Made by a program: the position numbers and the translations under genes
In this document: positions 44,332 through 54,502 of the stretch, in pieces
Layout of the letters: the number at the start of each line of letters is the position of its first letter
Position numbering within the stretch: position 1 is the first letter of the stretch
Assembly: GCA_965112735.1 (NCBI GenBank)
Contig: OZ218956.1
Location: forward strand, 620,001 to 684,000
Direction: 5' to 3'
Length of the DNA stretch: 64,000 bases
DNA from: Phaeosaccion multiseriatum
Taxonomy: Eukaryota > Protista > Ochrophyta, other classes
The notes under the pieces: generated by a model
What the model was told of the DNA's origin: nothing
What the model saw: the letters and a program-made list of their open reading frames with translations, nothing else
The model's database searches: none

Positions 44332-44406
<75 letters not shown>

Positions 44407-44531
44407 ACGGGCTGATGGAGCTGCTGCCTTGCCTCAGACTCTCCACTCTCGCGCATCCCTTATCTCTGCCTTCGCCCCCCGTCCGACTCTGTCTGTGTGT
44501 GTGTTGTGTGTGTTGTGTGCGTCTGTGTGTG

Positions 44532-44568
<37 letters not shown>

Positions 44569-46422
44569 GTGTGTGCGTGTCTGTTGTGTGCGTGTGTGTT
44601 GTGTGTATATCCTGTCCGTCGCACTCTCTCTGCTGTCTCCTGTCCGTCCATCCGTGTGTACGAATGACTGAATGTTGCATCGCTCCCTCTGTCCCTCCTC
44701 TCCCTCCTCTCCCTCCTCTCCTTCTGTCATTTGTGTCCCTTCGGTCCTGTTCGAGCAACAGTGATGGCAACACAGACACTGAGGAGGACGACGACAAAGG
44801 CAAGTGCAAGTGTAAGTTCAAGTGCAAGTTCAAGTGCAAGTTCAAGTGCAATGTCAAGTGCAAGGGCAAGTGCGCGTACGTGAGGTTGGCCTTCCTCCCT
44901 TGCACAGTGTGGAGCGGCGAAGGAACGCCCTGAAGGCCTTCGCGTGAGGCGGGTGTGCATCCCCCTCTCTCTCTTTCCCTCTCTCTCTCTGCCTCTCTGT
45001 CTCTCTCTCTCGCCCCGACGCTTTCGAAGGCCACCACTCGGCTGACGCTCAAGACGTGGTTTGTGTGTGTGTGTGTGCGCGTGTGTGTGTGTGCATGTCT
45101 GGGTGTGTGTGCGTGCGTGCGTGCGTTGTGTCCAGCCCCCCCCACAGGCTCGGAGCTCGATCCCCTTCGCAGCTCCTCCATCTTGAGCACCTCCTCCAAC
45201 AGCCACGGGCAGCGCAAGAGCCGAATGTGGAGCGTGGCCGGCAGCGTAGTGAGGACAAGTGTCTTCGAGAAGAACCGCAAAGAGTCGGACGGGGCGGAGG
45301 GCAGGAGGAGGGCCGCGCTGCCGGAGTACAGGGAGCACCCCGCCGCCTACCCGCCTCTCTCGGCCCAGGAGGTGAGAAGAGGTGGTGACTCGACACGCTC
45401 AATCAGGCTCGTGTTATACATGACATGGCAAAGACCCTTTCACAGCCCAACACACTCATGCCACACACACACCTACACACGCTCACTCACTTACTCACTC
45501 ACTCACTCACTTACTCACTCACTCACTCACACGCTCTCTCCCTCACTCACACGCTCGCTCTCTCCCTCACTCACTTAATCCATTGGAGCCTACCCTGCCG
45601 CCAACGGAGCCCTCCCGCCCCTCTCGGCCAAGAAAAGTGCCACACTCATGGCCCACTACTTCCCCTCTAACAATCCATCACACGACATACTCACATGTCC
45701 CTTTAACATTCCAACACTCGACATACACACGTATGTCTATATGCCTTAACCCTCGCAGTTCGAGTACCTACGCAAGCACGCCGTGAGGAAGAGATTCTTC
45801 GGCCCCTGGGACGAGTATGAGGACAGGTGTGTAGGCACTTCTTCAATGGGTGTGTGTGTGGGGGGGGGGGGGGGGGGGGGGGGGGTGGATGTGTGTGTGT
45901 GTGTGTGGGTGGGTGGGTGGGTGGGTGGGTGTGGGTGGGTGTGGGTGGGTGGGTGTGGGTGGGTGGGTGTGTGGGTGGGTGTGGATGGGTGTGTGAGGGT
46001 GGGTGTGGGTGTGTGGGTGAGGGTGGGTGTGGGTGCGTGTGGGTGGGTGTGGGCGGGTGGATGTGTGTTGGTGAGTGTGGGTGGGTGTGTGGGTGGGTGT
46101 GTGAGGGTGGGTGTGTGTGGGTGTGCGTAGGTCGCCTTGTGATAGCGTGTGGCTTCGGGCGTTGTGCGGTGTGCGGTACGCTTTGGACCCGCCCTGCCCG
46201 AGCGAGTGCTCTTGCCTCTTCGATTCAGTGCTCTTCAAGTGTGAGCTTCGCTTGCAGCGTGCCTTGTGCTCACCTTCCGCCCTGCGCCCTCGGCTGTCTA
46301 TCCTCTGTCCTCTGCTGCTATCCACCCTACACCCTCTTCAGAGACACCTCCACGCGCTTCTATCACCACACGCTGCAAGGGGCCCGAGAGAGCGCCGCTG
46401 TCAAGCTGCAGGTAAGCATTGT

Positions 46423-46465
<43 letters not shown>

Positions 46466-48806
46466 TCCCTCTCAAAGCCCTCAAATCACCTCCCCTCCCC
46501 TCACCCCCTCACCCCCTCAACCCCCCCCCCTCATTTCCTCCTCCTCTCCCTCCTCCTCTCCCTCCTCCCTCCCTAGGCCTGGTACCGCCAGCTCTACCTC
46601 CGTCCCTACCCTCACTGCGCCTTCTGGATCAGCACAGCCTTCTCCTTCTCGCCCCCCCCCTCTCTCCAAGACACTCTCTCGGAGCTGCAGGCCTGGGCCT
46701 TCATGAAGCGGCGCTCTCTACACGTTAGGAGAGTAACAGACTCGGATTCGGACGATTGGGAGGAGTGGCAGGACCATGAGTCGGGCCTGCACTTCTTCTT
46801 CTGCGAGGCCAGGCAGAGGTGCGTTTGTTAGGGGGGGAGGGACGGCAGTAGATGGCAGTGGATGGGTGATGGCAAGAGCTGGTGGGGAGGGCTGAGAGAC
46901 CGACCGGTCGCGGACCTTGCTTTCCCCAGGGAGCGAAACGTCCTCTGAAGCGCCCCCAATCCCCTGCCGTCTGCTGCCATCCCCCGCCATTCCCTGCCAT
47001 CCCCTGCCATCCCCTGCCATTCCCTGCCATTCCCTGCCATCCCCTACCATCCCCTGCCATCCCCTACCATCCCCTGCCATCCCCTGCCATCCCCTGCCAT
47101 CCCCTGCCATCCCCTGCCATCCGCTGCCATCCCCCGTCCCTCCACAGGTACCAGTGGCGTCTTCCCTCCCTACCCCCTCCCGAGTCCACCAAGGAGGCGC
47201 TGAAGCTCGCCCTTGCAGAGGGAGACCGCGTGCTCTACACTTTCAAACAAAACGCCTCCGTGTTGTCGTCCGGCCCCCCCCACAGCGAGCAGGGCACGCC
47301 CTCGGGTGGAGGCGGAGAGAGCAGTCAGACGGGTGGGGGAGGCAGTCTCAGTCACTCGGGTGGTGAGGATATGTGTGTAGTGCTGAAGGTGCGCACAGAC
47401 GACGCCACAGGAGAGGTGCTCTACGACGTCGCCAAGGAGACGTAAGTGGAGTGGAGCAAAAGTCAAGGAACTGGGACAAGTCAAGGAACTGTGATAAGTC
47501 AAGGAAATCACGGAACTGCCATAAGTCAAGGACTGGAAGAGGTGCATTAGGGCAGGCTGTGCTTCTTTGCGCTTCTCACTGGTTGAACTTTCGAAACCCT
47601 TGCTTGCTACTAATGCTGCTGCTTTACCCCAAAATTGCTGTACCACCAACTGCTGCAGAGACGAGAATGTGACCAAAAAGTGGGTCCCGAGGGGGGAGCT
47701 GACCCGCGCCCCCTGGACAGCCGAAGAGATCATGTTGGCGAGCAAGGAGAAGGAGTGGCAGGCGGAGCTGCGGCTGAGTCAAGCGCGGAGGGAGCGGCTC
47801 AAGCTCACTAAGGCCTTCGAGGAGTACAAGGAGGAGCGCATCAAGAGGAGGGGAGAGCCAGGTAGGGGGGCTGGGTGTCAGGACAGAGAGGGTGGGTGGG
47901 TGGGTGGGGAAGGAGGGTTCGTGGTGAGAAGTGTACTTTACACACAACCCGAGTAGAGCAGTGCCCCTTCTCCTCCCCCCGCCGTATCTTCTCACACCGC
48001 CCACTCCCTGTCCTGACACTCCCCCCCACCCTGTCCTGACACTCGGTCCTGACACTCAGGGACGTACCTAACCCGGCTGCACCGTCCCACCAATCCGGCG
48101 GTCATCAAGGACAAGCTCTCCGTGCGAATACAGCGCGAGAAGGCTCTACGAGAGGCGGAGGAGGGACAGAGGCTCATCGAGTCGCAACGCTCTTCGCAGC
48201 TGTCGCAGGCCGCGAGCATGGCGGGAGGGGATCTGCAGAGTGTTATGCAGGCGGCGAGGTGGGTGTCAGGACGGGGGGAGTTGGTGTCAAGACAGAGAGG
48301 GGAGGTGTCAGGACGGGGGGGGGTTGGTGTCGAGACAGAGAGGGGAGGTGTCAGGACCAGGGGGGTTGGTGTCGAGACAGAGAGGGGAGGTGTCAGGACC
48401 AGGGGGGTTGGTGTCGAGACAGAGAGGGGAGGTGTCAGGACCAGGGGGGTTGGTGTCGAGACAGAGAGGGGAGGTGTCAGGACGGGGGGGGGTCTCTCAC
48501 TCTCGAAAATCGCAAATCGCTCGCTCACCCACTCACTCCTCGCTCGCTCAGTCATGCCATCACCCACTCACCCACCCACTCCCTCACTCACTCACTCACT
48601 CACTCACTCACCCACCCACCCACCCACCCACCTACTCCTTCCCTCCTACCTCCCCCCCTCCCCCCCCAGACATGCCCTTGTGGGTGATCTCGTGAGCAGC
48701 GAGCTCGAGGCGAGGGGTGGCAGGGAGAACTCCACAAGCGCAGAGGAAGAGGAAGAGGCCAAAGCACAGAGCCAAAAGATGCTCGAGCTCGCTCTCAAGA
48801 GGAAGA

Positions 48807-48856
<50 letters not shown>

Positions 48857-51800
48857 TTTGGTGTGTGTCCCACTGCCATCCCCTACCATCCCCTGCCATC
48901 CCCAATAACTCGTCCCTTCCATCCCATCCACTGCCATCCCATCCAGGACATGAAGGCGAAGCAGGCCAAGCTCAAGGCCGACGAGGCCCGCGCCAGCGCC
49001 TTGCGCCTTCGCCTCGAGGAGAAGGAGGATGGCATGACCTCGCCGCGCAGCAAGAGCCGCAGGGGCGTCATCCGACAGTTACACCTCGCCATGATCCGAC
49101 AGCAGGTCCGTGTGTACGTGCGTGCAGGCGAGGTCAAGGGAGGACTTCCCGCCTTCCCGCCAGGCTCTGACCCTCCACTCCACCCGCTTCCCTGCCCATA
49201 CACTGCCATCCCCTCCCCCCTCCCCGTCCTGCTCAGAGCGGCTTCGTGTCGTGTGAGTGGGGCTGCCGGCAGTGGGTGCGTCTCGGGCATGAGAAGTTCT
49301 ACCACGAGAGGGCCAAGTGCAACAAGCGCCTGATGCCCTGCGAGCTCGGGTGCGGGATGATTCTCAGGGAGGAGGAGTGGATGGCGGGGGCAGAGCTCAT
49401 GCCGGACTTGCCTCGGCAGCAGTACCACGAGCAGCATGAGTGTCCAAGGCGGCTCGTGGCCTGCGATAGGAAGGTGCGGAAGGAGGGAGGGAGACGGGAG
49501 ACGGGAGGGCAGAGAGGGAAGGAGGGAAGGAGAGAGGAAGGGAGGGAAGGAGCGAGGGAGCCCCCAGCGTTGTGGCCGTCCTGTCCTTCCGCGTTCGGCA
49601 TACCAACCTTATGGTGCTCCTCCTTCTCCTCCTCGTCGTCCTCCCCCCACTCCCCCCCTTCCTCCCCCTCCCCTCCAGTGTGGGGAGTGGATCGCCTTTG
49701 AAGACCTTGCCCATCACGTGTCCCGGCTGTGTGTGAAGCGCCCCCTGCCGCCCCTCCCCTGCCGCCTCGGCTGTGGAGTTGTGTTCGAGGGCGGTATGCA
49801 CACCAAGCTTGCCAGCGAGGAGGAGCGGCTCGAGCATGAGAACGCCTTGTGTCTCAAGAGGGAGGAGATTTGTCTGTGGCCGGACTGCGGTAAGACCATC
49901 TTCGCCGGGGATCGGAACCATCACAGGCAAGTATACAGCAGGCTTAGGCCCTGTCCTTTCCACACACATGGCTTGGGGTGGGCATGCTTTTGTGACTTGA
50001 AGATTTGTGGACATCCACTGCTCTGCTCTGCTTCCTTTGCTCTGCTTTCTTGCGCTTGCTTGCTTATTCGTAAGCCAACAAACTGACTCGGATGCCTCTG
50101 CGACTGTGCTGTGGGGATGGATACCTCGCACAAACACTCGACTTTCTCCCTCTTTCGTTGACTTACTCCGCCGGTTGTTCCTCGACGTACTTCACCTGTT
50201 CGTGGACTTACTCCATTCTACAGGCAGCAGCACGTGCTGAAGACGGGCATCTTCGTGTGGAGACTTCCCGGCACGTACACCTTCCATGTGCCCGACGCCT
50301 GCTCCTGTCTTAAGGTGATTGGCTGACTGACTCACTGACTGACTGACTGACTGACTGACTGACTGACTGACTGACTGACTGACTGACTGACTGACTGACC
50401 GACTGACTGACTGACTGACTGACTGACTGACTGACTGACTGACTGACTGACTGACTGACTGACTGACTGACTGACTGACTGACTGACTGACTGACTGACT
50501 GACTGACTGACTGACTGACTGACTGACTGACTGACTGACTGACTGACTGACTGACTGACTGACTGACTGACTGACTGACTGACTGACTGACTGACTGACT
50601 CACTCACTCACTCACTCACTCACTCACTCACTGACTCACTGACTCACTGACTGACTGACTGACTGACTGACTGACTGACTGACTGACTGACTGACTGACT
50701 GACTGACGCCCTGACTGACTCACTGGCTGGTTAACTCACCGACGTAATAGCCTCCCTCCCTCCCTCTCTCCCCTCCTGACGGACTGACTGTGCATCCACA
50801 GATCCAAGTGTGGGGGGCGGGGGGCGGCAGCGGGCACCTCAAGAACGGCAAGGCGGGCAGCGGGGGGGCAGGGGCCTTTGTGGAGGCGGTGTTCAGGGCC
50901 ACTCCGGGGGAGATGCTGGAGGTGGTGGTGGGAAGTGGGGGGGAGGGGGGGGTGTATGGGAGGAATGTGTTGGTGCCCAACGGACAGATCGACGAGAGAA
51001 CGGGTGAGTGGGAGTAGAGGGGAGTGGGTGAGAGTGAGTGGGAGTGAGTGGGAGTGAGTGGGAGTGTGTGGGAGTGAGTGGGAGGGAGTGGGAGGGGGTG
51101 GGAGTTAAGGGTAGTGCCACTCGGCCTGCTCCTTTCTCTCTGCCCTCTGACCCTTGAGTCTTGACCTCTCTGCCAAAGCCAAGGCCGAAGCGTTTTGCTT
51201 GCTGAGGGACAGGCGGGTCTGATGAGCAGCTTCTTGGATCGCCACGGCACCCTATCTCACCTCACCTCACCCCACCCCACGTCGCCTGTACTCAGGAGGG
51301 CCCTCCTTCGATGTTGAGAGTGAGCACGGGGTAGCGGCAGGGGGCTGGCCGGGGGGCGGCGCGGGGCACGGAGGGAACGACATGTGGGCAGCAGGGGGGG
51401 GGGGGGGGTGCTCCGTTGTGAGTAGGAAGGGGGGCAAGTACGGAGCGGGGAGGAAGGTGCCGCTCGTGGTGGGAGCGGGGGGCGGGGGCGGCGGTTCCAG
51501 AGACGGGGTGGGGGGGGGGGGGCAGCACGGTGAGCTGGCCGGCACGCTGTTCGACAAGCGCACGGGCAGGCTTGGAACCGTCAAGGAGGGGGGGGAGGGG
51601 GGCGACTCAGGAGAGGTGGCCGGTTGTACCTTCCCAGCAGAGGCAGGCACGGCATGGCAGGGGGGCGCGGGGGGGCAGTTCGGCGGGGGGGGGGGGGGCG
51701 GCTACCACGGAGGAGGGGGCGGAGGGACTAGCCCGGGTATCGTGGGCGGCGGGGGGGGGGGGGCGCCTCCTATGTGGAGGAGAGCAGCATGAACGACATG

Positions 51801-52052
51801 GTGATTATGCCGGGGAATGGTGCCACCACTCCTGGGCACGCAGGGGAGGGCCGCATTCCCGGTGCGAAGGCGGCTAACCCCATGGAGGGGAAGGGAGGGA
51901 AGGGGTTGCCCACAGGGCTGCTGGTGGGCACAGGGGGAAGGGCGGACCCGCTGGCGGTGCACCCGGGGGAGAATGGCTGCGTGAGGATGTACAAGGCGGG
52001 CTTCTTCGACAAGATGCTTGAGGAGGATTTCGAAGACACGGCTTATCCGTAA
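26725..52052 (+). CDS. Giant multidomain protein (about 40 exons): EF-hand pair, dsRBD-like, ankyrin repeats, several WW-like domains, UBR-box Zn finger, Tudor/SH3-like barrels, IQ motif, coiled coil, TRAF-type Zn fingers, C-terminal glycine-rich domain
   Basis: Exons join in phase from ATG 26725 to TAA 52052 except one frameshift in a G13 run (51751-51763). EF: FEQYDVDRNKVLSLAEL, IDSDNNGRLEFEEF; ANK: GRTALVYAAARGQLEACERLL, GASALHMAARYNH, GRTALHEACFENH; UBR: CTSAVLG..EQPWYMCETC..LCAACARNCHKLRGH..KCMCC; IQ: AAVKLQAWYRQLYLR; TRAF: CEWGC..HERAKCNKRLMPCELGC..HEQHECPRRLVAC; GRD: IQVWGAGGGSG..GGAGAFVEA..LEVVVGSGG..LVVGAGGGGG. Could be two genes if a join is wrong. Confidence 0.75.
30190..30505. repeat. 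(GGGA)n microsatellite, intronic, G-quadruplex/triplex prone
   Basis: Directly visible. Confidence 0.95.
31444..35098. repeat. About 3.65 kb (GTCA)n array with CAAT/GAGT variants and higher-order duplications, intronic
   Basis: Begins exactly at donor GAG|GTCAGT; variant patterns recur (e.g. matching context at 32220 and 33372). Confidence 0.97.
36176..38427. repeat. About 2.25 kb 8-bp satellite (GTGAGGCA)n with higher-order variant blocks, intronic
   Basis: Begins at donor AG|GTGAGGCA; one variant block recurs at 36541, 36861, 37157, 37597, 37805, 38101. Confidence 0.97.
43665..43930. repeat. (TCTG)n microsatellite, intronic
   Basis: Directly visible. Confidence 0.95.
44170..44610. repeat. 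(GGCA/GACA)n followed by (GT)n microsatellites, intronic
   Basis: Directly visible. Confidence 0.93.
45848..46127. repeat. (GT/GGGT)n microsatellite with poly-G, intronic
   Basis: Directly visible. Confidence 0.93.
46971..47133. repeat. 10-bp tandem repeat (CCCCTGCCAT)n upstream of an acceptor
   Basis: About 15 copies; tandem form of the dispersed CTGCCATCC motif. Confidence 0.93.
48262..48492. repeat. 42-bp minisatellite (GGTGTCGAGACAGAGAGGGGAGGTGTCAGGACCAGGGGGGTT), about 5 copies, intronic
   Basis: Period 42 visible between 48323, 48365, 48407 and 48449. Confidence 0.9.
50322..50722. repeat. (CTGA)n/(CTCA)n microsatellite, intronic
   Basis: Directly visible. Confidence 0.95.
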
Positions 52053-52314
52053 CGGATTGACGCATCACCCCTTAAGCGTACCACTCTTACCATGTCCTTA
52101 CGATAAGCGTATCCTTAGCGTTTCCTTAGCTACAATAATTCCCCCCCCCTTCCCTCCTCTTTCTCTCCAAACCTTCCTTAACTTGTATCCTTAACTGTGG
52201 TGCTAACTTTGCGCCTTCAGTTTCAGTCCCAGTTTCCTCGGTTACCGTAACCGAAGCTATCGTATATCGAGATGAACCTGCCCCATCCTCTGTCATCCAC
52301 TGCCATCCGTCGCC

Positions 52315-54502
52315 TTAGTCCTCGAAGTCCTCGGCGGGCGGCCTGTTGAGCTGCGCAGTCCTCTGTCTCCCATCCACTGCCATCCCTCCTCCCCCGCCTC
52401 CTCCGCCGCTCATCACACCCCCCCCCGCTGGGCCTGCAGAGGGGGGCGTCTGACCGCTGCTGCTGCTGCTGCCGCTGGTCTTGCTAGTCTTGCTGCTTTT
52501 GCTGCTCTTTCCGCCGCTCTGTGAGAAGCGGGGCCCGGAGGCAAAGGCGAAGAGCCTTGACGCCTTGTTATCCCCCCGTGCCCCCTCGCTTGTTGTGCCT
52601 CCTCGTGCCGTGAGGGAGCCTCGGCCTTCTCCCTCCTCTTCCTCCTCTTCCTCGGTGCACATATCCTCATACGAGAGCTGCTCGTCCCCCTCCCCCTGCT
52701 CCTGCTCCTGCCCCTCCTCCTCGCTGCGCTCCGTGAGAATGTCATCCTCGAAGACGACGCTTCGGTGGGGGTCTTTGAGCTTCCCCTTGGTATTGCTTGT
52801 GCCTGGGCTCACCAAGCTCCCGGTGCGGCTCTCTCCTCCTCCTCCTCCTCCTCCTCCTCCTCCTGCCCCTCTCGTCAAGGCCGACCCCGAGGGCAGCGTC
52901 GCTACGCTGTCTCCTCCGTGCGGACTGCTCCCCAGCGTAAGAACGGAACCCCCCCCCCCCTCGTCCCCTGCCCCGCCCTCTCGTCCTCGCTTCTTGCTCT
53001 TATGCGTGTCCATCCACTGCTGGAAGAAGGACAGATGCGTATGTGCGCTACCCCCCAAGTGGTGGTGGTGGTGGTCATCTCCTCTTGAGCGCCCCTTCCT
53101 CCCCCTCCCCCTCCCCGTCCCCCTCCCCGTCCCCCTCCCTCGTGTGCCCCGCTCTGGACTCAAGCCCCCCCCGAGCGTGTCAACAAAAATCTTAGTCGCT
53201 GCGAGCCTCGTGGTCTGAAACCTCTCCTTCACCCCTCCTTGCGCGCCATCCAGGCCCACCCAGGTCTGCTCCTTCCTTCGAATGGTTTCCTGCATGGCCT
53301 TGGAGGGTTCATCGTAACCGTAGAATTGGCACGGCACGCAAATGCTCTGTGAGTACACCAGAGGGTACCCACACACCGAACACACGTCGTTCCGGCACAG
53401 ACGCACGACCCAGCTAAAGAAGAGCAGAGCGGTGAGGCAGAAGAGCAAGATGTAGCCCCACGGAAGGATGTAAGGGTCCCTGTACACCTCCTGCATGACA
53501 ATGGTTTCTGCGAATACCTCTGGCACCTCGTCGCTCTCTGTGGTCTCTACGCTGCAGCTTCGTATCGCCTTCCACGCCGACGTGCCCTTGACCTTCTCCA
53601 GCACTGGAGAGGGGGAGGGAGAGCGCATGTACAAGCGGAGTGGAGGTGGAAGCAAGCATGTGAATGAGTCGGTGTTGTGCGTGTGTGTGTGTGTGTATCG
53701 GTGTATGTATCGGCCCTGCGCAAGTCGTCGAGGCCCCGAGAACTGCTCTTGCTCTCGCGACCCCCCCCCCTGCCCCCTACCGCCCCCTCCCAAGACCCCT
53801 ACCGTCGAGTGTGAGCGTGTATCCCGCGAGGTAGGTGCCATCGTTGGTGCACGTGCCCACAAGCGCTCCGTCGTCATCGTACGTGCAAGCGCTCCGCTTG
53901 ATGGGGCAGCTCACGACCTCCGTGTCTCCGAAGAACAGGTTCCTGGCGAAGCGAAACTCATAGCCGAAGCGGTTCGCAAACGTTACAAACACCTGGTTGG
54001 GCAGGTCGCACTGGAGGTTCCACGTGTCCCCAGTGGTGCCTGTGTTGGAGCAGCACTCGAGGCAGTACACGCTCTTGAAGATGGCGTTGTACGACTGAGA
54101 CAGGGCACAAGAGACGCAAGGGGGACAAGCAAGGGCGGTAAACGGGAAGTATGGGTGGTGGAAAGGGCAATGAGGAGTAGGGGGTGGCCCATCAATACGA
54201 CTGGCACAAGCTACGGCAGCAGCACTCACGTCGAGGAAGTGGAACTGCCAGCCGTCCTCCGCTGGCTGACAGGAGCCCAGGTCCAAGCCTCCGAAGCATG
54301 TGTCAGCAATATCTGACGGCACTACGGTTGCGGTGGACCGATAGAAGCTCCCGTATATCGTCGGGTCCAGCTCCAGGCTGTGTCCTTGTCTGAGCGTCGC
54401 AGCGAGCACGACCAGAGGTAGTACAAGCCTCCATCCTCCTCTCTTATGGACCAGGTGGTAAGGTAGAGCGCTCGTCTCTTGCTCAAGCTCCCCGGCCTCC
54501 AT
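52315..54502 (-). CDS. Hypothetical single-pass membrane protein: signal-like N-terminus, Cys-rich ectodomain, TM helix, cytosolic CxxC-x10-CxxC, disordered tail
   Basis: Three exons (about 54502-54230, 54094-53802, 53603-52315) join in phase; LVLPLVVLAATL hydrophobic stretch; WGYILLFCLTALLFFSWVV TM; CSVCGYPLVYSQSICVPC. Confidence 0.7.

Noticed and set aside
44800-44872. KCKFKCKF Cys/Lys peptide resembling a metal-binding motif
   Set aside because: A 6-bp repeat of the donor-like word GCAAGT/TCAAGT, followed by a stop; best read as intronic.
44908-44953. Possible extra exon after TTGCACAG
   Set aside because: The phase needed to join the upstream exon hits TGA; skipping to 45148 keeps the frame.
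47458-47536. AAGTCAAGGAACTG repeats with short variable gaps (mini-CRISPR-like)
   Set aside because: Degenerate 18-bp intronic minisatellite; the gaps are only a few nucleotides.
52070-52255. CCTTA-rich repeats and a CGGTTAC-C-GTAACCG palindrome between convergent genes; possible terminator or telomere relic
   Set aside because: Short and irregular, not a canonical telomere unit, and bacterial-type terminators do not apply here.
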